Positions 12,100 through 24,911 of a stretch of 64,000 bases of DNA are shown one piece after another. The translations under genes and the position numbers were made by a program. Position 1 is the first letter of the stretch; each line of letters begins with the position of its first letter. Under the pieces are notes generated by a model. It ran no database searches, had not been told where the DNA came from, and was given only the letters and a program-made list of their open reading frames with translations. This DNA is from Squalus acanthias (taxonomy: Eukaryota): contig CM059432.1 of the NCBI GenBank assembly GCA_030390025.1, positions 123,196,001-123,260,000 on the forward strand, read 5' to 3'.

Positions 12100-12660
12100 A
12101 GCTTCACTCCCACTCTGACCTCACCGTCCTCGGCCTATCACACTGTTCCACGGAAGCTCAGCGTAAGCTCGAGGAACAGCACCTCATCTTTCGTTTAGGC
12201 ACGCTACAGCCCATCTGGACTCAATATCGAGTTCAACAATTTTAGATCATAACCTCAGCTCCAATCACATTTATATTTTATTTTATCCACCCTTTTATTT
12301 GTCCCCCCCCCCCTTTTTTTTTCCTCCTAGAAGCTGGCAGCTGTCCTTCATTCTGCCAGTGGATTTCACACTTCATTCAGCCTTAATCTGTCACATTAAC
12401 ACCACCTCTAGCCTTGCATATCTCTTAATGTCTCTTAATGTCTCTTCATCTCCACCTTTGTTCCTTTATCCCCTCCCCCTTTTCCCAGCTTTACCCTGGC
12501 CTTAAATCTATTTGATTTCCGGCTCCTCCCAGTTCTGATGAAAGGTCATCGACCTGAAACGTTAACTCTCTTTCTCTCTCCACGGATGCTGCCTGGCCTG
12601 CTGAGTTTTTCCAGCGTTTTCTGTTGTTATTTCGGATTTCCAGCATCCGCAGTATTTTGC
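12100..12660 (+). mobile_element. Penelope-like element 3' fragment
   Basis: Endonuclease C-terminus RKLEEQHLIFRLGTLQP, pyrimidine-rich tract, then terminal segment with hammerhead motif. Confidence 0.85.
12531..12567 (+). ncRNA. Minimal hammerhead ribozyme motif (Penelope-associated), intact core
   Basis: agtt-CTGATGA-a-aggtc(atc)gacct-GAAA-CG-TT-aact: stem I agtt/aact, stem II aggtc/gacct, palindromic aacgtt stem III. Confidence 0.7.
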
Positions 12661-12679
12661 TATCGGGCCAAACTTCCTG

Positions 12680-14413
12680 TAAGGTTAACCACTGCCCTAG
12701 CCCTGAACTCACATCTTTCTCCAGTTTCTCTCCGATTTCCCGTCATGGCTTCTCCACGCTCATCTTGTTCATGAGACCCACTTCCTGCTCCCTCGACCCT
12801 ATTCCCACCAAACTGCTGATAACCCAACTTCCTTTTCTGGCTCCCATGTTAGCTGACATTGTTAACGGTTCTTTTGCCTCAGGTACTGTACCCTTCTCCC
12901 TCAAATCTTCTGTCATCACTTCTATCTCTTCAAAAAAACAACCCTTGACCCCTCTGTCCTTGCAAACTACCACCCCATCTCCAACCTCCCTTTCCTCGCC
13001 AAAGTCCTTGAACGTGTTGTCGCCTCCCAAATCCGTACCCATCTTTCCCGGACCTCCATGTTTGACTCTCTCCAATCTGGTTTCCACCCCTGCCACAGTA
13101 CCAAAACAGCTCTCATCAAAGTCACAAATGACATCCTTTGTGACTGTGACAAAGGTAAACTGTCCCTCCTCATCCTTCTTGACTTGTCTGCAGCCTTTAA
13201 CATGGTTAACCACTCCATCCTCCTCCAACGCCTCTCCACCGTCGTCCAGCTGGGTGGGACTGCACTCGCCTGGTTCCATTCTTATCTATCTAATCGTAGC
13301 CAGAGAATCACCTGCAATGGCTTCTCTTCCCGCTCCCGCATTGTTACCTCTGGTGTCCCCAAGGATCTATCCTTGGCCCTCTCCTATTTCTCATCTATAT
13401 TCTGCCCCTTGGCGACATCATCTGAAAGTACAGTGTCAGTTTCCACATGTACACTGACGACACCCAGCTCTACCTCACCACCACTTGTCTCGACCCCTCC
13501 TGGTCTCTAAGTTGTCAGACTGCTTGTCCGACATCCAGTTCTGGATGAGCAAAAATTTTCTCCAATTAAATATTGGGAAGACAGGAGCCATTGTTTTCGG
13601 TCCCCGCCACAAACTCCGTTCCCTAGCCACTGACTCCACCACTCTCCCTAGCATCTGTCTGAGGCTGACCCACGCTGTTCGCAACCTTGGTGTCATATTT
13701 GACCCTGAAATGAGCTTCTGCCCACATATCTGCGGCATAACTAAGACTGCCTATTTCCATCTTCATAACATCGCCTGTCTCCGCCCTTGCCTCAGTTCAT
13801 CCACTGCTGAAACCCTCATCCATGCCTTTGTTACCTCTAGACTTGACTATTCCAATGCACTCCTGGCTGGCCTCCCATGTTCTACCCTACGTAAACTTGA
13901 GGTCATCCAAAACCCGGCTGCCCGTGTCCAAACTCGCGCCAAGTCCCGTTCACCCATCACCCCTGAGCTCGCTGACCTACATTGGCTCCCGGTTAAGCAA
14001 CGCCTCGATTTCAAAATTCTCATCCTTGTTTACAAATCCCTCCATGGCCTCGCCCCTCCCTATCTCTGTAACCTCCTCCAGCCCCACAACCCCTCGAGAT
14101 ATCTGCGCTCCTCTAATTCTGCCCTCTTGAGCATCTCTGATTATAATCGCTCAACCATTGGTGGTCGTGCCTTCAGCTGCCTAGGCCCTAAGCTCTGGAA
14201 TTCCCTCCCTAAACCTCTCCGCCTCTCTACCTCTCTTTCCTCCTTTAAGACGCTCCTTAAAACCTACCTCTTTGACCAAGCTTTTGGTCATCTGCCCTAA
14301 TTTATCCTTATGTGGCTCGGAGTCAAATTTTTTTTGTCTTGTAATACTCCTGTGAAGTGCCTTGGGACGTTTTACTATGTTAAAGGTGCTATATAAATAC
14401 AAGTTGTTGTTGT
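12680..14413 (+). mobile_element. L2-clade LINE, 5'-truncated and frameshifted
   Basis: CSLDPIPTKLL, QSGFHPCHSTKTAL, LLDLSAAF, LIHAFVTSRLDYSN, LHWLPVKQR, LKTYLF; ends in a (ttg)n tail. Confidence 0.95.
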
Positions 14414-15404
14414 TGAAGTGGGAGATGAAGGGGACATGTTCCTCCAGCAACTTTATTTTGGCATGGGTTATGTACCCATCTTTAAATCTTGAACCTGCTC
14501 CAATGTATCCCCCAACTCTTTATACATGGCTGCGTCCCTGATTTCCTCCATTGAAGGATATGGTTTTTTGGTTCCGAACACTCATTACTTCGATACATTC
14601 ACTTCCTTCAGCAAAGGAGGATGAAGGATAACAACTGGAAGCTTATAAACATTTCTTTTTAGACCGAGTCTCCCTCATCTTTTAAGGGACTTTCTCCCCT
14701 TCCAGTTTGTTTGGTATCCCCTGGTAGTTCACCATTCCGAACAGGCAGCTCAAAATGAGCAAGCTGCACTTCTATCTCCTTTAGCCCTGCTCTGACCTCC
14801 AGAAGGTGCAAAAAGGCACTGGAGAGTAATTCTCCCCATTATTTTCCATCCCTCTCTCCTGCGAAAGTGACTGACCTGCTTACAACATTTTCCTCGGTGT
14901 CTGGAGATAACAGGTACTAAGCCACGTTTCACAATTTCCTGGTACACAGGACTGGTGCTCGAAGGCACTGTGCCATTGTGCAGATCCAGGAACAAAGGAT
15001 TGAACAGGAAATACAGAAGACACGGATTTGAATATGTTAGAGTAACACTATAGACCGCCCTTGAGAGGAGAGTGCGGCACAATGTGAAGGATCCAATGTC
15101 ATCATGAAATGTAAGTGTGCCGTTCACTGGGATAATTTTCTATTTATTATTACTCAATTCCAATTTTGCCTCTGCAGCATTAAACCAGTCCTTGAGGTTT
15201 AAGGGGGAAAAGCAGGAACAGTTTGACACCTCTGGCAAAACCATTGTTTCCTTCAAGGGAGTGGTAAAATAAAAATAAGATTGAAAGCAGAACCAAATGT
15301 AGCAAAACTGCAAACACAATTATAAAGAACGTGCTTATGGTTTTGCTACAAGTAGGAGAGGAATCCTTTCCCTTAACTTTCTTCCCAGCTACTACCGTTA
15401 GACA

Positions 15405-15772
15405 GTTAAAAAATCGTGAGGGGTCTCGACAGAGTAGATAGAGAGAAACTGTTCCCCTTGGCGGAAGGGTCGAGAACCAGAGGACACAGATTTAAGGTGA
15501 TTGGCAGAAGATCTAAAGGCGACATGAGGAAAAAAATGTTTACGCAGTGAGTGGATAGGACCTGGGATGCACTGCCTGAAAGGGTGGTGGAGGCAGATTC
15601 AATCGTGGCTTTCAAAAGAGAATTGGATAAGTACCTGAAAGAAAAAAGTTTGCAGGGCTACGGGGAAAGGGCGGGGGAATGGAACTAGCTGAAGTGCTCT
15701 TGCAGAGAGCCGGCACGGGCTCGACGGGCCAAATGGCCTCCTTCTGTGCTGTAACCATTCTCTGATTCTATG
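15405..15772 (+). mobile_element. CR1 LINE 3' end
   Basis: Encodes KLFPLAEGSRTRGHRFKVIG and W..LPERVVEA; CR1 3' UTR ending ttctctgattctatga. Confidence 0.85.
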
Positions 15773-16715
15773 AAAATAAAACATTCTCGTGAAGTAGCAG
15801 CTGTTTGTTTGCAAATGCTTTCCCTCAACATTTCAGTCAGGTTCAAGTGTGAAAACTTGCTGAAAGTGTTAGCAGAAAGCATGGGGAGGGATGTGGTTGG
15901 GAATACTGAGAGGGTCACAAGAACAACCTGGTTCATCTCATTGGCGAATGTTGTCCATCTCTCCCTCGCTTGCCCATAATGACAAGACTGGGCTGAAGAG
16001 CTCACTGTGTAGAGAAACGCAGGTGAAAATCTGTATCCTGTCGCTCAATGGCAATGCACGGTGCTACATTAAGGCAACTGCTCAGGCACCTCCTAAAGAC
16101 CTCCTATGCAAATCTATAAAACCTCAGAAAGCACCTGAAAAATGCACAACATTTACTTTCACCGAAAGTCACTGGCTATTAGAGCATTTGTTTCCTGGCA
16201 CTTAAGAATCTCCTTTTAAAAATCAGTGTTTTACATATTTTCACTGCTTTGTATAAATTCCTCTTCTTTTTGATTTTTTTGACATCCTGTACTCCGTTAA
16301 AATTATAACTATTGTTGCTAGATTCCTGATCTAAAGCCAGAGCTTCAAGGAACTGAAAAGTCTAATCAACCAAAATACCTCCAGACCTGGACAACTGGTG
16401 ATGTTTGGAATACAATTTACTCGAATGCAAATAAATGATAAAACCAATTCTTACATATTGATTAACGTTCTCCGGGATTGTTGCTTTGCTTTCTATTGTC
16501 CAGAATTTTTTTTTTTGTCCTGCCTTGTGACTGTTGTTAATCTGATGTTACTTAAATTGGAGCCTGTAGAGAGTTTCATTTTTTTTAAAAAATAGGACTT
16601 TGCTCCATAATCAGCACAATCACTTCAGTTTAGAAAAAAGTTTGTTTTCTAATTTGGTTTTGCTGCTATAGATGCTTCTAATCTGTAATTTAAGAAAAAA
16701 CTGGATGACTATCAC

Positions 16716-17097
16716 AATAATCTAGGCTGACACTCCAGTGCAGTACTGAGGGAGTGCTGCACTGTCGGAGGTGCTGTCTTTCGGATGAGATGTTAAACCG
16801 AGGCCCCATCTGCTCTCTCAGGTGGATGTAAAAGATCCCATGGCACTATTTCGAAGAAGAGCAGGGGAGTTATCCCCGGTGTCCTGGCCAATATTCATCC
16901 CTCAATCAACATCACTAAAACAGATTATTTGGTCATTATCACATTGCTGTTTGTGGGAGCTTGCTGTGCGCAAATTGGCTGCCACGTTTCCTACGTTACA
17001 ACAGTGACTACACCTCAAACAGTACTTCATTGGCTGTAAAGCGCTTTGGGACATCCGTTGGTCGTGAAAGGCGCTATAGAAATGCAAGTCTTTCTTC
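16716..17097 (+). mobile_element. Deu-domain SINE lacking the tRNA head
   Basis: aatctaggctgacactccagtgcagtactgaggg...aaaggcgctatagaaatgcaagtc. Confidence 0.85.
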
Positions 17098-17214
17098 CTT
17101 TTGTTTCCCTCAGGGAAGGAAGGTCATCCCACGACCTCTCTCATATGCATCCTACAGACTGGTTAAAAAAGACACTGGGAACAAACTGCCTGTCAGCCCT
17201 CTTGGCTGCAGTTA

Positions 17215-17496
17215 TCATAGAATACAGCACAGAAGGAGGCCATTCAGCCCATCGAGTCTGTGCTGGCTCTTTCAAAGATCAATCCACTCAAAGTTAGTCC
17301 CACTCCCCCCCGCTTTTCCCCCATATAGCTGCAATTTTTTATCCATCAAGTATTTATCCAATTCCCTTTGGAAGGCTACTATTGAATTTGTATCCACCGC
17401 CCTATCAGGCAATGCACTCCAAATCCTAACCACTCCTTGCATGAACAAGTTTTTCCTCATGTTGCCTCGGTTCTTTGGCCAATCACTTTAAATCTG
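17215..17496 (-). mobile_element. CR1 LINE 3' end
   Basis: ORF 17272-17460(-) MRKNLFMQGVVRIWSALPDRAVD...FQRELDKYL. Confidence 0.8.
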
Positions 17497-17507
17497 TTGT
17501 TGTGTAG

Positions 17508-18587
17508 TGACAGGAAATTAGGGGGATGATGAGAGGCCTAACGCCTGTCTCACAACCCCGCTCTGGTATTCGGCAGTGTTGAGTGGCGCATGCACTGGGC
17601 ATATTCCGCTAGTTTTTTTGGGTTCTTCTGCGACCTAACCAACAGTCGTTAAAGGGACCTCTGGAAGCCACCAACCAAACCGCGAGGTTTTAGCTTTTTA
17701 TTTATCTTGATGCTGGTGCATGCTTGCCCCCACTCCCATTCATCTCCCTCCCCTTCCAGCACCTACCTGAGGGCCACTACCAGCATTGCAAGCGGTCCAA
17801 GTTGGTATCCAGCAGATCGGCGAGCTGCCTCTGGATGCCCAATTGGGGTCCGCAGCTCGCAGTAATAATTCGGATGAGGCCTGAGGCGTATCCTAAACTG
17901 GGTCTCGGGGCTGTGGCTTCTGGTGTGTGCGCTCTGAGCGCGTTGCCCATTTCGGGCCTGACAACGGGCCGAAACCAATTTGTCCCTCCACGGCCTCGAA
18001 AGTTACTCGCCCCACGCGGAAACAGGGCGCGCCGAAACCGAGAGGCCCGATGATCGATGGAAATTGGTCCTCGAGCTTCATTAACGTACTTGGTGCAAGC
18101 TGCCAGCACTGGTTGCGCCTCCACAGGCAGCTTGCTTGAGCGAAGACATCAATCTTGGCCCACCTGCCTCGCTGGCAGCAGCCCTCAGGTGAGTTCTGGG
18201 GGGGGAGTGGAGCGGGTTACGGAAGGGGCAATGACGCCTGTGAAGTCGGGGAACCACTCCTACTCCACCTGGTTCTGTACGATGGGTGTTTTTAATAATA
18301 AAAAATGAATTTACCTGTAGTTGGCGCCTGCGAGGGCTGCTGAAAAATGCTGCGCAGAGCAGGCCCGATCTCTGTCCCACTCATCACCGAATAATTTCTC
18401 GACAGAGCAGGTGTTACGCCCCTGCTTTACATAGTTAAGGGGCCTAATCCCTGTTTTAGGCCTTTGCCCGGGGCCCTATGAATTTAGCAGTGAGACCAAC
18501 ACCTGCACAGGTTGAGCACAGGCAGTCTCACTGCTTTTAAAGGCTTTTACACCTGAAAATGGGCGCAATGTATATCAATTACTACCC
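17508..18587. mobile_element. GC-rich interspersed element, probably a non-autonomous DNA transposon
   Basis: Abrupt CpG-rich block ending aattactacccc, like other Harbinger-type ends; TIRs are degenerate. Confidence 0.4.
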
Positions 18588-18665
18588 CTGTGTTTCTAGA
18601 TTAACAATTTGTGACTTCCACACTCCTTTGCCCTCTCTGGAAATATTTATGGTGTTTTCCGGATG

Positions 18666-18925
18666 TGTCAGCCATGGCTCAGTTGGTAGCACCCTCATCT
18701 CTGAGTCAGAAGGTCATGGGTTTCAAGTCCTACTCCAGAAAATTGAATGCAAAAATCTAGGCTGACACTCCAGTGCAGTGCTGACTGAGGGACTGCTGCA
18801 CTGTCGGAGGTGCCGTCTTTCAGATGGGATGCTAAAGTCTGCTTTCTCAGGTGGACGTGAAAGATCCTATGGCACTATTTTGAAGAAGAGCAGGGGAACT
18901 ATCACCGGTGTCCTGGCCAATCTAT
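18666..18925 (+). mobile_element. Deu-domain SINE 5' part with tRNA-derived head, truncated at a Penelope element
   Basis: A-box tggctcagttgg and B-box-like ggtttcaagtcc, followed by the same body as the 35382 copy. Confidence 0.8.
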
Positions 18926-19117
18926 CCCCGGAGTCCCTCCGAGACATCCTGGTCCAATCCTCCATCACCACCTTCCCGTGCAGGAGATGCAACACCTGCC
19001 CTTTTACCTCCTCCCTTCCCACTGTCCAGGGCCCCAAACACTCCTTCCAGGTGAAACAGTGATTTACTTGTACTTCTTGCAATTTAGTATACTGTATTCG
19101 CTGCTCTACATTGGGGA

Positions 19118-20952
19118 AGAGAGGAGACTGACGCGAGTGTCCTCAACTTCATCCCGCAGCATGCTACCCGCCACCATCTCAGCACGACCCCAGCCCGGCA
19201 TGAGGTTGAAAAGGCCATCCGACAACTGAAGAACAACAAGGCCTCAGGAGCAGATGGAATCCCCGCCGAGGCACTAAAGCATGGTGGAGAAGCACTACTG
19301 GCGCGAATTCATGAACTAATTTCTCTTATATGGAAGGAGGAGAGCATGCCAGGGGATCTCAGAGATGCCGTAACTGTGACCATCTTCAAGAAAGGTGACA
19401 AGTCCGATTGGGGTAATTACAGAGGAGTTTCCCTGCTGTCTGCCACAGGGAAAGTCATCGCAAGAATCCTCCTCAATCGCCTTCTCCCAGTGGCCGAAGA
19501 GCTCCTCCCAGAGACACAATGCGGATTCCGCCCACTAAGAGGCACAATGGACATGATCTTCACCGCACGTCAATTACAAGAGAAATGCAGGGAGCAGCAC
19601 CAACCGCTGTACATGGCCTTCTTTGATCTCACAAAGGCCTTCGACACTGTCAACCGTGAGGGATTATGGAGTGTCCTCCGCAAATTCGGCTGCCCTCAAA
19701 AGTTTGTCACCATCCTCCGCCAGTTTCACGATGACATGCAAGCTGTGATCCTGACCAACGATTCCACCACAGACCCAATTCATGTACGAACCGGGGTCGA
19801 GCAAGGCTGTGTCATCGCATCAACGCTCTTCTTGATCTTCCTTGCTGCAATGCTCCATCTCACCCTCAGTAAGCTCCCCGCTGGAGTGGAGCTAATTTAC
19901 AGAACAAACGGGAAACTGTTCAACCTCCGTCGCCTCCAGTCCGGATCCAAGGTCATCCCATCCTCTGTCGTCGAATTACAGTATGCAGATGACGTTTGCG
20001 TCTGCGCACACTCGGAGGTCGAACTCCAAACCATCGTCAACACCTTCACCGAAGTGTACGAGAGCATGGGCCTTACACGAAACATCCGTAAGACAAAGGT
20101 CCTCTACCAACCTGCCCCCGCCACACAGTACTGCTCCCCGATTATCAAAATCCACGACAAGGCCTTGGACAACGTGGACCACTTTCCATACCTCGGGAGC
20201 CTACTGTCAACAAGGGCAGACGTCGACGACGAAGTCCAACACTGCCTTCAGTGTGCCAGTGCAGCCTTTGGTCGCCTGAGGAAGAGAGTGTTTGAAGACC
20301 AGGACCTCAAACCCAGCACTAAGCTCATGGTCTACACAGCAGCAGTGATACCCGCCCTGCTGTATGCCTCAGAGACATAGCCATGTACAGCAGGCACCTC
20401 AAAGCACTGGAGAGGTACCACCAACGCTGCCTCCGCAAGATCCTGCAGTGTTCTTGCTCAGGCCAACATCCCCAGCATCGAAGTTTTGACCACGCTCGAT
20501 CAGCTCCGATGGATGGGTCACATTGTCCGCATGCCCGATACGAGACTCCCAAAACAAGCGCTCTACTCGGAGCTCCGGCACGGCAAGAGAGCCCCAGGTG
20601 GGCAGAGGAAACGCTTCAAGGGCACCCTCAAAGCCTCCTTGAAAAAGTGTAACATCCCCACCGACACCTGGGAATCCCTGGCCCAACGCACAAAGTGGAG
20701 GAGAAGCATCCGAGAAGGCGCCGAACACCTCGAGTCTCTTCGCCGGGAGCAAGCGGAAGCCAAGCGCAGGCAGCGCAAGGAGCGCACGTCAACCCAAGCA
20801 CCCCACCCACCTGCCCCTTCAACCACCGTCTGCCCCACCTGTGACAGAGACTGTAGGTCCCGCATTGGACTCATCAGTCACCTGCAAACTCATTTTTAAT
20901 GTGGAAGCAAGTCATCCTCGGTTCCGAGGGACTGCCTAAGAAGGAGAAGAAG
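19118..20952 (+). mobile_element. RTE-clade LINE, 5'-truncated, with 10-bp TSD
   Basis: ORF 19346-20380 (NYRGVSLLS, QCGFRPLRGTMDMIF, QYADD); C-terminal CPTCDRDCRSRIGLISH; (aag)n-like tail; TSD acattgggga at 19108-19117 and 20953-20962. Confidence 0.95.
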
Positions 20953-21439
20953 ACATTGGGGAGACCAAATGCAAATTGGGTGACCGCTTTGCGGAACACC
21001 TCCATTCAGTCTGTAAGCGTGACCCCGAGCTTCTGTTCGTCTGTGACTTTAATTCTTGCTCGACTCCCACTCTGACCTCGGCCTCTTACACTGTTCCAAT
21101 GAAGCTCAACGTAAGCTCAAAGAACAGCAATTAGGCACTTTACAGCCTTCTGGACTCAACATTGAGTTCAACAATTTCAGATCATAACCTCTGCCCTTAT
21201 TTTTTCACATGGCAGCTGTTGATGTTTCTGCCATTCCCATTTACACCTCTTCTAGACTCATCTTTTGTTTCTTTACTTGTTCCATTACCATCTCCTTTTG
21301 CCTTGCACCATCATCCCTTTTGTCATTTAATCTCTCCTGCCTTCCACCCTATACAGACCTTCCCTTTTGTTCTTTCCTCCCCTCCCCCTTTCCCTGCCTC
21401 TGCACCTGCTTAAAATCTGTTACATCTCTAACTTTTTCC

Positions 21440-21476
21440 AGTTCTGATGAAAGGTCATCGACCTGAAACATTAACT
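21440..21476 (+). ncRNA. Hammerhead ribozyme motif with stem III mutated (CpG decay)
   Basis: agttctgatgaaaggtcatcgacctgaaacattaact; differs from the 12531 copy by one G>A change. Confidence 0.55.
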
Positions 21477-22451
21477 CTGTTTCTCTCTCCACAGATGCTG
21501 CCTGACCTACTGAGTGTTTCTAGCATTTTCTGTTCTTATTTCAGATCTCCACCATCCGCAGTATTTTGCTTTTGTATTAGTGTGGAAGTATACTTTGTTT
21601 AGAGGAAGGCCAAGCTCTATTGTAGGTTTCTACTTTTCTGCTACTATTTCTAGTTTGCTTTGTTGCTTATTTCCCCCAGCATAGGTTAAAGGAGACTACC
21701 AGGCCAAGGAGTGAATTGGAAGTAGCCTACACCAGAAGAATGGAACATTTCACAGCTTCATGGTTGGGGATCTGAATTATTGGGAACCAGAATCAACATT
21801 AATAAATCTGTATTTAAAAGCTGTGAGAACTGTTGAGTAAATTGACATACTATAGTACCTGTCTGTGCCTCTACTGACAAAAAATACAGGCACCACACCA
21901 ATGGGTCCTTCAGAGAAGTTTCAAATTCCTGGGCTAGTATGTCCAGAATTGTTTCTTCACCCCTCTGTTCTGCAGTATCCGACAGAGAAAGCTTCCAGGT
22001 AATCAAGATCCAAGACTGCCATGCAAGTTGTTCTCTAAACCTAGCCATAATATTGTTAGCGTTATGCAAATAATTGTAATGATTATTTAATGTAATATGC
22101 AGTAATAGTGATTAAATGTTCTTTATTTACGAAACTCCCTCATCTAATGCTATGTTTTCTTCCCCATCTTAGTTTCTCCTGCAGCAAGCAAATGACCAGA
22201 CAAATTCCCATTATACATGTAAGAAAGTGTGGGTCAAGTTTCTCCCCTCCTGTGATGCCTGCCTTGCACTCAACCCCTCTTTCAGATGGTTCCCATCAGA
22301 TTGGGGATTCAATGCGTGCGCAGTCACAGGAGGAGCCCGCGTTCTCCACAGTCAGTCAATGCAGCAACACATTAAACCACAGTAAGTAATAATATTACAG
22401 TCATTATTAGTTGTGCTGATGCAAACAAGAGTCACAGAAACCAACAAATAC

Positions 22452-22722
22452 AAGGTTCTGACAAAGGGTCACAGACCTGAAACCTTAACTCTGTTTTTCT
22501 CTCTCCACGGATGCTGCCTGACCTGCTGAGTGTTTCCAGCATTTTCTGTTGTTAATCCAACAAATACTTTTACAATAGCAAAATACCGCGGATGCTGGAA
22601 ATCAGAAATAACAACAGAAAACGCTGGAAAAACTCAGCAGGCCAGGCAGCATCCGTGGAGAGAGAAAAACAGAGTTAGAGAAAGAGAGTTAATGTTTCAG
22701 GTCGAAACCCTTCGTCGGAACA
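22452..22722. mobile_element. Two oppositely oriented Penelope-like terminal fragments with degenerate hammerhead motifs
   Basis: Plus-strand piece at about 22452-22550 and minus-strand piece at about 22572-22722. Confidence 0.75.
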
Positions 22723-22775
22723 GCTATGCACATAAACAGCACTGAACTGCCTTCACTCTACAACATATGGGTTTT

Positions 22776-23212
22776 TGGTAGCATAGTGGTTATGCTACTG
22801 GACGAGTAATCCAAAGGCTTCAACTAATTATCCTGGTAGATGTGAGTTCAAATCCCACCACAGCAGCTGGGGAATTTAAATTCAGTTAATTAAATAAATC
22901 TGGAATAAAAAGCTAGTATCAGTAATGATGACTATGAAACTACCAGACTGTTGTAAAAACCCAACTGGTTCACTAATGTCCTTTAGGGAAGGAAATCTGG
23001 CCTATATGTGACTCCAGATCCACAGCAATGTGGTTGACTCTTAATTGCCCTCTGAAATGGCCTAGCAAGCCACTCAATTATATCAAACAAAAAACTGCAA
23101 TGATGGACTGGAGTGGGTCAAGAAGGTGGCTCCCCACCACCTTCTTAAGTGCAATTAGAGATGGGCAATAAATGCTGGCATTTATAAACACCCACATCCA
23201 GTGAACAAAAAA
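22776..23212 (+). mobile_element. tRNA-derived SINE with CR1-like LINE tail
   Basis: A-box tagcatagtgg and B-box gagttcaaatcc; tail caagaaggtggct..caccaccttct..gcaattag.gatgggcaataaatgctggc matches the LINE 3' end at 57380-57445. Confidence 0.8.
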
Positions 23213-23784
23213 ACTTAAAAGATGTGCTGTATCAGGCAGCTTGTAGTTGCTTTATTAAAAGTACACTCTGCACCATAAAGCTTAGAAAATTAAAAACAAA
23301 GCTTTAGCAATATTATTAACCAGGAGAATCACACCATGCATCATTATTAAAAAATAAGAACAAATATATGATGTTACCCAGTCAACAGCTAATCCTATAT
23401 TTCAGTGCCAATACATCATAATAAAAGACCTGTGCACAGCACAATGCAACAACATATTATCTTGTTAATTGATGGCTTCCTAATTCATCGCTGTTTTTAG
23501 TTATATATACAATACTTCTTTTTTGAATAAACATTTATCTCAGCTAATACTTTAAAAATATAGACACTATCCATTGAGGCGGTAAGGTACATTATTGGGC
23601 GCATTAAAACACTAGCACTGAAGGGTTGGATTGGTTTCTATAACTGTCATAGTAGCTCCTAATGCTGGCTTCTGCTTTCAGGCAAAATGGTATGTGTAGA
23701 TGAGGCATTCCCTCGCCAACCTTAATTCCCGCCAAAATGGATGGGGGATTCACGCCAGGTCACACATCTACACCTCCTCGGTGC

Positions 23785-24280
23785 CAAGCTGGCTCAGTTG
23801 ATAATGCTCTTGCCTCTGAGTCAGAAGGTTGTGGGTTCAAGGCTCAGTCCTGGATTTGAGTGTTTAATGTGGGCTGGAATTTCAGTGCAGTAGTGAAGGA
23901 GTGCTGCACTGTTGGAGATAGTGGAGTAGAATTCTTGCGGGGATGGGGGGGTTTCCCGATCACCCGCTGTAACTTTGGCGGATGATCAGCGGAAACCTTG
24001 GCGAAATGGCCACTTCTGCCGATCTTCTGCCGTGGAAGATCGGAAGAACCACCCCAGAAATTCCAGGCGGCTGTCCTGTGGATGACATGTTGAACCAAGA
24101 TTCTATTCGCCTGTTCAGGTGAATGTAAAAGATCCTGGGGCACTTTTTGAAAAAGAGCAGAAAGGTGTCCTGGCCAACATTCTTCCCTCAACCAAAAACA
24201 CATTAACTGGTCGTTCACCTCATTTGCTGTTTGTGGGGCCTTACGGCTTGCATTCGCATACGTGCCAACAGTGACTTCAC
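23785..24280 (+). mobile_element. Diverged Deu-domain SINE with a nested short element (about 23925-24068)
   Basis: ctggctcagttg...gagtcagaaggttgtgggttcaag head; body resumes after a GC-rich insert ending aaattccaggc. Confidence 0.65.
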
Positions 24281-24911
24281 TTCTTTCTGATTTTAATCTT
24301 ATTTTGAAGCTCCCATCTAATGCTGGCAGCAGCTGCCATCATCACATGCTAGCTCCATTGGAAACGTATTTGGGGTACAAAATGGGTGGAAATCTGTTCG
24401 AACAGATCTCTGCCCATTCTTACGAACCGTTATGCCCCTTCTGCATCTGTTTCTGAAGAGTAATGGGTATGGTCCATACAGCAAAACTGCCCATACATTG
24501 GCACAAATTGGTACTAAATTGCCAATCCCACTCCTGGGCTAAATCACATTGTGCAATGTTAATAACAAACGTGTGCTTATGAAATTATTTTGCCTATTTA
24601 CAGGTAACAGACTGGCTGACACCCTCTGTAACCTCTCCAGGTGCCTGGAATCAGTCGGAAACATTAAAGTTAATTGAGACTGTAAACTTTCATTACCACT
24701 GTTTAAACAGTCCTGGTGGTGGGGTGTGTCTCCAGGCACATCGGGCTACAAGAGATCACAAGGTAATTAGGGACTAGAACGGCCATTTGGCCTATCATAG
24801 TTTGTCCATCAAGACTGACCCTTAAGTCCATGACAGCATTCAATTAGCTCTTAAATGATTCCAGGGTTTTGACCTATGACCTCTTTGCCGCTGTCGCTGT
24901 GGCCACAGCAA

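Larger units (their letters stand above)
18926..21578 (+). mobile_element. Penelope-like element fragment with GIY-YIG endonuclease remnant, interrupted by RTE
   Basis: CRRCNTCP, CNLVYCIRC, then YIG|ETKCKLGDRFAEHL resumes after the RTE; terminal segment with hammerhead motif. Confidence 0.85.

Noticed and set aside
18666..18740. tRNA genes (also near 22776, 23790 and 35390)
   Set aside because: A/B boxes belong to SINE heads; no complete cloverleaf seen.
19346..20899. Active autonomous RTE
   Set aside because: 5'-truncated with no endonuclease domain, and has stops and frameshifts.
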